Assembly: GCA_943704425.1 (NCBI GenBank)
Contig: CALSCP010001415.1
Location: 1-44,738, forward strand
DNA length: 44,738 bases
DNA from: Ministeria vibrans ATCC 50519
Taxonomy: Eukaryota > Protista > Filasterea
Direction: 5' to 3'
Position 1 is the stretch's first letter. Every line of letters starts with the position of its first letter. The notes beneath the pieces were generated by a model. The model saw nothing but the letters and a program-made list of their open reading frames with translations, did no database searches and had not been told where the DNA came from. The translations under genes and the position numbers were made by a program. Positions 23,001 through 35,000 of the stretch are shown here, piece by piece.

Positions 23001-26000
23001 GGGCACGGACACGTTTGGGTTCACGGCGAACGACGGCGAGGAAGAGAGCGAACCCGCCTTCATTACCATTACTGTCACTCCCATTTCAGACCCACCTGCC
23101 GTCACCGTCGAGCCCATGACCGGCACCCAGGGATCGTCGGTCAACCTCGACATTGAGGTGGAACTTGTTGACATTGACGGCTCCGAACAACTCTCGGTGG
23201 CCCTGTGTGACTGCTCGGCGTCGCTCGACGGCAGCGCCTGCTCCTCCACCGGCGCTTGCTGCCTCGAGATTCCCACGCGTCGTCTCGACTACCCTTCGGC
23301 CGGCATATCCTCATTGCTCAGTGGCGGCACATCACTCGTGCCCAAAAGCCTTCTGAAGACCACGAGTGGCTCGGGTTCTGGCTCGTCGCTGTTTCACTCG
23401 CGCGAGCGAGCCACTGGACCTGCCTCGCGTATTCATTGTGAAGCGCGCGGCAGTCAGGGCGAGTGTCAGAAACGCGCAGTGGCGCTCGGCGCCACCTTCC
23501 GCTCGTTTGCCGCCGGTCAGACGTGCGCCCAAGTGTCTTGCTCGCTGAGCACGCCCGGAACGCTTGGCGCCTGCTGCCTTAACAATGGGTTTAGTGGCAC
23601 TTGTCACGCACAGGCGAGTGCGGCCGACTGCCAGACGCGCGCCACGCTTCTTGGCTGGACCTTTGGCTCGTTCAATCCGTCAGCGACGTGCAGCGACAGC
23701 GCCAATGTGTGTCCCTCCATCATGACCGCCGGTGGCACGTGCTGCCTCCAGCAGGGCACCACGGCCATGTGCGAGCACCACATCTCCGAGAGTGTGTGTC
23801 GTGACCGTGCCACTCGCTCCGACAATGTCGTCTTTCGCTCGTTCACCTCGGGCCTCAACTGCCCCACCACTAGCTGTCCTGTGCTTATCACGCCGTGTCT
23901 CACGTCACCCTGCCGCAACGGCGCCACATGCACCGAAACGTCGACGACCACGTACACGTGTACCTGTGTGCCCGGCTTCCAGGGTACCGACTGTGAGCAG
24001 GACGTTGACGAGTGCGCATCGCAGCCGTGTGCCAATGGTGCCGTGTGTATTGATGGCGTCGACAACTTTGCGTGTCGCTGTGTGGCTGCTAATGGATTTG
24101 GCGGTGAGCTTTGCGACGCGCCCATTGACGAGTGTCTGTCATCGCCGTGCGAGAATGGTGGCACCTGTGTTGACAAGGTTGCTTCCTATGAGTGCACCTG
24201 CCTCGCGACCTTCACCGGCGACTCGTGTCAGACTGACTACAATGCGTGTACGTTGGTGCCGTGCAAAAATGGCGCCGCCTGCGCCTCCGATCCAATCACT
24301 GGCTTTGTGTGCACCTGCGCCACCGGCTGGCTTGGCACCACATGTGAGCAGCCCGTCGACTATTGTGAGTCGTCGCCGTGTGTCAATGGGGGTGTGTGCT
24401 CGCTCAACACCGCCTCTGCGACACCCTTTGCACAGTGTACCTGTAGCGCCGGCTACAATGGCGATGCGTGCGAGACAAACATTGACGAGTGTGCCGCTGC
24501 CCCCTGCCAAAATGGAGGCACGTGCCGTGACGGCGTTGCCTCGTTTGTGTGCGACTGTGTGCCTGGCTACCAGGGCACCGTGTGCGCCACAAACATTGAC
24601 GATTGTTCGCCGAATCCATGCTCGGTCAATGGCGTTTGCCACGACCTGGTTAACGGCTACCGTTGCGACTGTACCCCTGGCTACACGGATCCGCTCTGCG
24701 CGACCAACACGGACGAGTGTGCTACGTCGCCTTGCCAGAATGGCGGTGTGTGTGTCGACGGCGTGAACGAGTACGCCTGCTCGTGTGCCTACGGCTGGAT
24801 TGGCGTCAACTGTGACACGCTCGAGGATGAATGCATCTCGTCGCCCTGCCTCAACGGTGGTCAGTGTGTCAACGCCGACAACAAGTATGAGTGTCGTTGT
24901 GCGACCGGCTATGCGGGTGTTCAGTGCGCAACGGACATTGACGAGTGCGCCTCGATGCCGTGCCTTAATGGGGCCGCCTGCGTGAACGGCGTGGGTGGCT
25001 TTGCATGCACCTGCCTGCCCGGCTACCATGGAACGACGTGTGCCACGAACACGGACGAGTGCGCGATCGCACCATGCAAGAATGGCGCCGCCTGTGTCGA
25101 CGGCGTGAACATGTTCACGTGCACATGCGTCGCCGGCTACACCGGTCAGGTGTGCGATGTCAACATCGACGAGTGTGCCGCGGTCACCTGTCAGAATGGT
25201 GGTACGTGTCAGGATGGCGTCAACGACTTCACCTGTGTGTGCGAGCCGGGCTATGCGGGCGATCTATGCGACGTGAACATTGACGAGTGTGCCTCGACTC
25301 CTTGCATCAATGGAGGCGTGTGCATCGACGGTGTCGATGCCTTCTCGTGTACCTGTGTTGTCGGTTATGCAGGCGCACAGTGCGAGAGCAACATCAACGA
25401 GTGTGCTTCGACGCCGTGCGTCAATGGCATGTGCGTTGACGCGATAAATGCCTTTTCGTGCACCTGTGATGCCGGCTATGCTGGCACCTTGTGCGACACT
25501 GACATTGACGAGTGTACTACCACCGGGAATGGGTCGCCGTGCCTCAATGGAGGTGTGTGTAGCGACCTGGTGAACGGTTACAAGTGCACGTGTGCCGCCG
25601 GCTATGCGGGAGCGACGTGTGCCGAGAACATTGACGAGTGTGCCGCCAACCCGTGTTTGAATGGTGGCGTGTGCACCGACGGTATTAACCTGTACACGTG
25701 TCAGTGTGCCGTTGGCTATGAGGGCTCTGACTGCGACACCAACACGGACGATTGTGCGGCTGACCCCTGCCTCAATGGGGCCACGTGTGTCGATCGTCTC
25801 AATGCCTTTACGTGCAGCTGTGCCGCCGGCTACCGCGGTACACTTTGTGCCGAAAACATCGACGAGTGCGCACCCATCGCGTGTCAGAACGGTGGCACGT
25901 GTGTAGACGGTGTTGACCAGTTTCAGTGTGTCTGTGCGAACGGCTGGCACGGTGTGCTGTGCGAGACGGACACCGACGAGTGTGCCAGCAGTCCATGCCC

Positions 26001-29000
26001 GCGTGGCGAGTGCATCGCCGCTGTTGGTGCCTTTAGCTGTCGCTGTCCCACCGGCTATGGCGGCACCCTGTGCGAGACGGACATTAACGAGTGCGAGACG
26101 AACCCCTGCCTCCACGGAGGCTCGTGTACCGACACAGTGGGCGCGGCCGTGTGTACCTGTGTTGAGGGCTATGGCGGCGACACGTGCGCCAACAACATTG
26201 ATGACTGCGCTCAGAATCCTTGCGTGCATGGCACATGCTTTGACCGTGTTAACGCCTTTGAGTGCGTTTGTACCGCCGGCTACGAGGGTGCCACTTGCTC
26301 AGTGGACACCAACGAGTGCGCGAGCAGTCCATGCGACAACACTGGCGTCTGCAGCGACAAAGTCAACGGCTATGTGTGCGCGTGCCCTGCGGGCTTTGCC
26401 GGCACACACTGTTCACAAAACATTGATGACTGTGTTCCAAATCCCTGTCAGAACTCGGGCGTGTGTGCCGATGGTGCGAACGCTTTTACATGTACTTGCG
26501 CCGCCGGCTATGAGGGCGACACGTGCGCCGACAACATCAACGATTGTGCGACGCAGCCTTGCAAGAATGGCGCCGTCTGTCACGATGGTCTTCTCACCTT
26601 CACGTGTACCTGTGCTGCCGGCTACACCGGCGACATTTGCAACGTTAACATTGACGATTGCGCCGCGGACCCCTGCCAGCACGGCGGTACCTGTGTCGAC
26701 GCTGTGAACGGTTTCACGTGTACCTGTGTCGCCGGCTATGCCGGTGCTACATGCTCCCACGATGTCGATGAGTGTGCGGCGCAGCCGTGCCTCTCTGGCG
26801 GCACCTGTGTTGACGAAATCAACGGCTACTCGTGCACGTGCGCGACGGGTTACGCGGGTGCCACGTGCGCCGAGAACATTGACGACTGTGCGCAGCATGG
26901 TTGTGCCAACGGCGCCACGTGCGTGGACCATGTGAATCGCTACTCATGCAACTGCAAGCCGGGCTATGCGGGCACACTGTGCGAGATCAACGTGAGCGAC
27001 TGTTCGCCGTCACCCTGTGTCAATGGTGGCGTGTGCAAAGACGGCGTCAACTCGTACGTGTGCATTTGCCCTGTAGGCTACGCGGGCGCAACGTGCGCGA
27101 CGAATGTGAATGAGTGTGCGAGCAGCCCGTGCCACAATGGCGGTGTCTGTGTCGACGAGGTGGGCGCGTATGGCTGCATTTGCGCCGACGGCTATGGCGG
27201 CAACATGTGCCAAGTGAACATTGACGAGTGCGCCTCGGAGCCGTGCCTCAATGGTGCCACCTGTGTGGATGCGGTGGACGGGTTCACATGCAAATGTGCC
27301 GCGGGCTTCGCCGGCGATATGTGTGCGGGCAACATTGACGAGTGCGCGTCGACACCCTGCCAAAATGGAGGTGTGTGCACTGATCTTGTTAATGCCTTTT
27401 CATGCGCCTGTGCCAGTGGCTTCACCGACACAACGTGCAGCACGAACATTGATGACTGTAAGGCCGAATCGTGCCACAACGGTGGTACATGCGTTGATTT
27501 GGTTGACGCAGTGCGATGCACGTGTGCGGCTGGCTGGCAGGGCATCGCCTGCAACGAGCAGGTCCTTGAATGTGAGTCAAACCCGTGCGTCAATGGCGCG
27601 TGCGTAGACGCCACCAATGGCTACATTTGTAAGTGTGAGACTGGCTGGGCGGGAGTCGCGTGCGACTTTAACATCGACGACTGTGCTGGTTCACCGTGTC
27701 TCAACGGCGGTGTCTGTTCCGACGCCGTCAACGCCTTCACGTGTGCGTGTCCGGCTGGCTTTGCTGGCGCGACTTGCGGCACCAACATTGACGAGTGTGC
27801 TCCGGCGCCCTGTCTTAATGGGGGTCTTTGTGCCGACGCGATCAATGGTTTCAAGTGTACGTGCGCCACGGGCTTCTCGGGCACCACGTGCTCGGTTAAC
27901 AACGACGATTGCTCTCCGCAGCCGTGCAAGAATGGCGCGACCTGCACCGACCTGGTCAACAGTTACCGTTGTACCTGTGTGCCGGGCTACGCGGGCACTC
28001 TGTGCGACACGAACATTAACGACTGTTCGCCCAACCCATGTGCCAATGGGGCCTCCTGCGTCGACCAAGTCAACGCCTACAAGTGCCTGTGCCCCCCCGG
28101 ATTTGTAGGTACCACCTGTGCTACCAATGTGGACGATTGCGCCGGCAACCCCTGTGGCTCGTACGGCTCCTGCTCCGACGGTGTCAATGGCTTCACGTGC
28201 ACATGCGAAACCGGCTTTAGCGGGACCACCTGTCAGACGAACAACAACGACTGTGTCCACCATGGTTGCAGCAACGGCGCCACCTGCGTCGACGGGGTGA
28301 ACACATACACCTGCTCATGCACCACCGGCTACTCGGGGACCTACTGCCAGACCAACTCCAACGATTGCTTTAGCGGCGCCTGCCTCCACGGCGGCACGTG
28401 TGTCGACGGTCTAAACACCTACACTTGTAAATGTCTTGCGGGCTACTCGGGTTCGCGTTGCGCCACCAACGACAACGATTGCTCCCCAAACCCATGCGCC
28501 AACGGCGGTGCCTGCCAGGACGGCGTCAACTCGTACACATGCAGCTGTGCGACCGGCTGGACGGGAACTCAGTGTACGGTAGCCGTCAACTACTGCCAGT
28601 GCTCCCCGTGCCGAAATGGCGCCACCTGCACTTCACACTCGTCGGGCTACACTTGCGCGTGCGCACCCGGCTACTCCGGCTCGTCTTGCACGGTGAACAC
28701 CAACGAGTGCGCATCTGCGCCCTGCCAAAACCTCGGCACCTGTGTCGACGGTATCAATGGCTACACCTGCACCTGTCTCACGGGCTTTACTGGCTCGACG
28801 TGCGGCACTAATATCAACGACTGCGCTTGCAACCCGTGCCAGAATGGTGGCACATGCACGGACTTGATTAATGGCTTTACGTGCTCGTGTGCCACGGGAT
28901 ACGCCGGCTCGACCTGCTCCTTTGACATCAACGAGTGCGCTTGCAATCCGTGTCTTAACGGCGGCGCTTGTGTCAATAATGTGGGCTACTACACGTGTAC

Positions 29001-32000
29001 GTGTGCGTCGGGCTATACTGGCTCTCAGTGCGGCGAGACAATTGTCAATTCGTGTGCTTCAAGTCCGTGCAAAAACGGAGCCGGGTGCGTGCCAATCTCG
29101 CCGAGCGCTTACAAGTGTATCTGCGTCTCGCCCTATACGGGCACCACCTGCACTGAAGTAAATCGTCCGTGTTGCACACGATCGTCAGCTGGCGTCGGAG
29201 CCTGCTCGCTCCATACGAGTGCGTCGGCCTGCTTCTCGTATGCATCCTCAGCCAGTCGCACTTACGTCTCCTATTACTCGTCCTCCACCAGTTGCAGCTC
29301 TGTCATTTGTTCCGATGTATCCTCCACCAAATACGTTTGTTGCAACAGTGGTCAGCTGCGTCGCGACGCGCTCATTGTGCCCATTGAAGACGGCGCATGT
29401 ACACTGGAGACTGCTCAAGACTGTGTTGGCATTTCGATTCTCGGTGAGACCCGGTGCCTCTCCGACTCCTGCACACGTATACTTCAGCGTCGCGCCATCT
29501 CGTCCATTCCTGCCAAGACATTCCTCTCGTCGGGTGTTCTTGCGCCTCCCACATCATCTGCGACCTCCGTTTGCGGCTGCAACGGTCAAGTGCAGTTTCC
29601 CAGTGACGAGTGGAAGATTACCAAGAGTGGTGTGAAGCTGACGGATTCGGCGATGCAGTCGTTGTCGCTTGCCGACCTTGCTTCGCTTGAGGTGGTTCCC
29701 GACCCGGATTTTTCGGGCAAATTTGCCTTCCAGGTGGTAGGTCTGTCGCAGGAAAAGGAAGCGGGTATTCCCGCGGCCATTTCCAACGTGCCTGCCGGCA
29801 TGAACATCCTGCCAGTGAACGAAGCGCCTACCGTGAGTGCCACGCTCAGCTCGGTCAGCGTGGCCCTCGGTGACTTTGTCGCCTTGGGCTCGTTTACCGT
29901 GGCCGACTCGGACCTGGGCGGTGACGGCCTGCTTGTTGTCAACGTCGAGGCGTCCTTTGGTGACGCTCACCTGTGGGTTTCGACCTCGACAGGCGTCACC
30001 TTCCTGGGTGTGCCACCGGCCGACGTTGAAGAGCGCGGTGTGAGCGCCTATGTGGAGGAGACAGCGGATGCGTCGATCGAGAATGTCTACGTGACGTTGC
30101 GTGACGCTCTCTCTGTGGGCGTTGTCAACGGCAACAGCCGACTGCGCATGATGGGTACGCCCATTGCACTCAATGCGGCACTCTCGTCGCTTCAGTACGA
30201 GTCGGGCGCGGCTTTTGTAGGCGCCGACACGGTCACCCTGAGCGTGTCGGACCTGTTTGCGGCGGATCTTTTTGAAGTGGAAAGTGTCGGACTGTCCGCG
30301 TCCACCACCATTGCTGTCACTGTCACGGGTTCCCTTCCTGTGGGCCACATTGTGACGTCGGGCGAACAATCTGAATTCCAAGTGTCGTCGAGCGGTGCCG
30401 ACGATTCGTTGCAGAACCTCTTTGCGCTCTCGGTGCTGACCGAGACCAGTGACACCGAAGTTGAGCTTGAGTTCAGCTTCACAGACGCGCCCGATGCACT
30501 GACTGCCCCCACTGCCGCGACCGTGAGCAGCGCAAACTTGGGCACCTACGTAGTCGTATCACAGTCACCGACCAAATACCGCGTGCGTGGTACTGCCTCG
30601 TCCATTCTCTACATGCTCTCATTGTCGACGGTCGACGCGAGCAAGTCGACGACACACTGTCGCTGGCGCATGCTTGCGAAGCTCTACGTGAGCCCGACGG
30701 GTGCGCTCCTCGACACGCACGCCCTGTGGTACACCAAGAGTGGCTGTACGCCCACGGCGACGCTCACCATGGCACCGACACAGACGGTGCTGGCAACCAC
30801 CAGCGAGGGCACAGGCGTCACCATCACCAGTGCCAACTGGCAGCTGACGAGCACGGGCGCCAAGGTGCTGGTGTCGCTCGAGTCGGACGATGTCCACGTG
30901 ATATTTAGCAGTGTCGCATCGGGCGTGACCGTGTTCACCGCCAAGAGCTCGCAGGATCACTCGCTTATTGGCGGCACCACTAGTCTGCAGTTGTTGGGCT
31001 CGGCGGCTGCCGTCAGCAGCACACTCAACGCCATTGAGGTGCAGCCTCAGCTGCGTTTCAGCGGTATTGCCTCGATTCACGTGCGTGCTGTGGCGCTTGG
31101 TGCTCATGAAGAGCCCGTGGAGATGGTGAGTATGGATGCGGTGGCGCTGGTCATGTCCTCCCTTGTGGCCACCAATCTGATTGAGGTGACGGTGACCGAC
31201 GTGAACCACGAGCCGTCGTTGCTCTATCCATCGTACATGACGGTGAGCGAGCACGAATCGAACGAGGTGCACTCGTTTGGTGTGTTCGACGACGATCTTC
31301 TTGCCGTGGGCGGTTCGCTCGTTGTCCTTGTCGAAGTGACCGCGGGAACCTTGTCGCTGGCGGACCCCGCCATCGTGCAGATGATTCAGGGCACCGGCAC
31401 TGGCGATGCTGTCATGTCGTTTACGGGCTCTCTGCAGGCTGTGAATACAGCGCTATTTTCGCTCGTGTACAATGCTGGTGCGTGCGCCGAGGTGTCCTGT
31501 GGCGCCACCGACGAGTTCTTGCACATTCAAGTGACCGACTTGCCGTCGACGCCCAACCAAGCGTCGACGTCCATTGACGGCGTGACGCGTCTTGACATTT
31601 TGTGTGTGGCCAACGCGCCGCTTGTGACTGCCCCTGCAGCACTTGGGTGGGAGGACACCGACGTTGCCGTGTCGGTGTCGGTGACCGCTGTAGACACCAA
31701 GGAGCTTGTGTACGTGCACATGCGACTGCCCGAGCACGCGTCGTTGACCAATGGCGCCGACTTGGGCTACGACGGACTGTGGGAGCTGCAACTCAACGAG
31801 CTTGCGGGTCTCAAGGTACGACCTCTGCCCAACTACAATGGCCTCATCAATATTACTGTGATTGGCATTTCGATTGAGCCGTCGGTTGACGAGCGCGCCA
31901 CGACGGAGCGCACGCTCATTGTCGATGTGCGCGCCGTCAACGATGCGCCCACCATCAAAGTGCCGCCTTCGCCGCGTGTCTTTGAGGACACCTTGTCGCT

Positions 32001-35000
32001 CTTGAAGCCCATTGTGGTGCACGACGTGGACCACCAGTGGGGCGAGGGCGGCTCGTACACGGTTGTGGTGGGCATCACGCAGAATGGCAAGCTCAGTGTG
32101 AGCCAGACGCGTCTGCCGACGCTGCCTACGGGCGTCACGGTGACCAACGACGACTCAGCCTGCGTGCAGGTGTCGGGTCCACTTGAGGGTGTGAACACGG
32201 TCCTGAAGAACCTGATGTTCTTGGGCACAACCAATTTCAACGGACAAACTGTCCTGTCGGTGCTGGTTGACGACCAGGGCAGCTATGGTGTCATGTCGAC
32301 CACAACGGCTCCCACCACGACCACGGGGTTCAAGCCGCTGGTGTCGCCGCTGGCGCGTCGCCGTCGTCGTTCACTCTCCTCCTTTAGCGGCATCTTCAAG
32401 GACCTCAACAACATCAACAACATCAACGTCCATCGCCGCGGCCTCACCACCATCAATCCCAACTGTCCCCTGCCGGCAGGTGTCACGGGTCTCACTGCGT
32501 CCGCCTCAACCAACATTCACGTGCTGCCGGTGAACGACGAGCCCGTTATTCATCTTGCGGCCACCGCTTTGTGTTTCCAGTGCACGCCGGTTATCGACAG
32601 CTTTGCGCCGGCTGAGGAGCTTCTCACGGCTCTCTCAGGTTTGTCCGTGTCCGACGTGGACACGGTCGCGGCCACGGTGACACTCAGTGTACAAAATGGC
32701 TCGCTCTTCTTTGGCAACGACGTCGCGACGGTCGCCGATGTGCTTGACGAAGTGCCCATCACAACAGGCGAGTTTTTTGATCGTCCTGCTGGACTCACTG
32801 AGCTCGAGAGCTCGCAATTCCTGACGCGTCGACGACGACGCACCACCACCAGCAGTGGCAGTGGTGGTGGCGGCGGCGGCGGTAGTTCGATTTTGGCGCC
32901 ACAGTTGTTGCGGCGACGATCGCAGGAGGAGGTGCAAGAGAAGTTGGCCGAAGATTTGTCGGTGGACGAGCTGGATCTTGTTTCGGAGATCGCGGCGGAG
33001 ACGAAGAAGCAGAACCGAGTGACGCGTTTCTTTACGCGTCGTCGTCGTCGCACGGTACAACCGGCGGTGAGTGCGGTTAAGGTGACCTTTGAGTATGGCA
33101 GCAACAACACCCAAGTGATGCGCTTTGTGGGACCCATTTCGAGAATCAACACGATGATGGCGGGCCTCATGTACCGCGGCGTGGAAGATTTCAATGGCGA
33201 TGGTGAGCTCGTGGTGAGTGTGCAGGACTCGCCTGTGGACGGCACACCTTCCGAGTTTACGTCGCGCACCTTTGCCTTTGCCGTCACGCCCGTCAACGAT
33301 GCACCCAATGTGGCGTCGTTTGCTGCGCGATCGCGCATTCGCGTGGGTGGCTCGTCGACTGTGTCGTTTGCCGCCTTTGACGATGGCTCCGAGCTGGGCG
33401 ACGAGAACACCGACGTGGAAGCGGTGCTCACGACGGCGCACGGCACGCTTGCGTTGCCAGCCAGTGCATCGTCGGCGGCGGGTGTGACTGTGTCGGCGAC
33501 GACGGGCGCTGCGATTACGCTGCGTGGCCGCGCGAACGTAGTGAACGAACTCATGACGGGCATGACGTTCACGGCGGACGCGTCGATGGTAGGCACGTCG
33601 TTGAGCACCAGCGAGTGTGTGGTCTTTGCCTCCATTGATGACAATGGCAACCACGGTGCGGGCGGCCCCATGTCGGCCGACGCCAACGTGACCATGGTCG
33701 TGCTGGGCTGTGCGGGCACCGTGACGCGACGCAACCTCAAGGGGTTTAACACGGCGTGGCGCTACGAAAAGATCCCGTCGGCGCAGGTGGTGCAGGAAAC
33801 GCTGACGTCGCGCACGACGAGCATTCGCTTCTTTCCCTCCGAAGATGTGGCACCTTCGAAGATTCTGCGCACACTGCAGACAACCACCGGAGGCTTTGGG
33901 AAGCTGGGCGCTCGCGAGTGTCCCGAGAACACGCAGGCGTACCTCAACACGAACACGGAGGGCGATCTGTCGCTGCGCAGCACCTTCTATGTACCCGAAG
34001 AGACGCTGTCAGTGTACGTGCGCGTAGTGACGGATGGCGAGGCGGCCGTGTACCTGAGCGACGAGTTTCTCTTTACGCATGTGTGGGACGGCTCGGGCTG
34101 TACGACCGAGACAATCTTTGAGGTGCCTTTCTGGGAGTTTGGCGCGAATGCAATTGCGGTGCGCGTGTACAACCACACGTACATTGATGTGGCAGTTGAA
34201 GCGGATGTGTGTGGTGCAGTGCGCCCCCCCTCGGGCTGTACCGACGACCGCGACTGCTGGCCCGGTGCCAAGTGTGTCGGCTCGCCCGGCCAGTGCAAGG
34301 TGAGCGTGTGTGGCGATGGAATTGTTGACTTTGACGAGTTCTGCGACGATGGCAACCGCATTGACGACGATGACTGCGACAACGAGTGTGGTGTGTCACG
34401 TCTGACGTGCAAGCCGCACAAAGTGACCGCGTCAGATCTGACGGATGCGGCGGATCTGGCGGCGCTTGCGGCGGGCACCGGCAACGGCTTCATCAATGGC
34501 TTTGACCGGGACGGCCTGCAGTGCACGGGCTCGTGCAATGGCGGCAGTGGCATGGGCTGCTACGCACAGTGGAGCAACGCCGGCAAGACATTGCAGACGT
34601 GCTTGTGCACGGACGGTGCGCAGGTGCAGGCGCCCGGCTGTGCCGTGCGCATCAACAAGCTGCGTGCAGGCAGCAATGGCGAGACGGACGGGTATGATTC
34701 GGCGGGTCGCTACTGCGGCGGCACGTGTTCGGTGACGGGCGCGAGCTGCGAGGGCAAGTGGGCAGACAGCGGCACGACACTTGTGTCGTGTGGCTGCAAG
34801 ACACCCGTGCAAAGTGGCTGTCGTCTGGACAATCGCAACAACATGTGTGTGGGGCAGTGTACGGTTACGGGTGCGACGTGTCGCGCCGTGACCCGTATCA
34901 ATGGCCGTGTGACCGGCTGCACGTGTGCGCCAGTGGTTGCTGGCGATTCGTGCAAGCTAGAGCATCGTCCCAATGTGTTTAGTTTGCGTCGTCTTGCGCT

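Noticed and set aside
23893-29157. Calling the giant gene Notch, Crumbs or fibropellin
   Set aside because: There are no LNR/ankyrin, laminin-G, CUB or avidin domains; the similarity is confined to generic EGF repeats.
18061-33752. Numerous long antisense or alternate-frame ORFs over the giant gene
   Set aside because: They are expected shadows of GC-rich codon bias and have no recognisable motifs.
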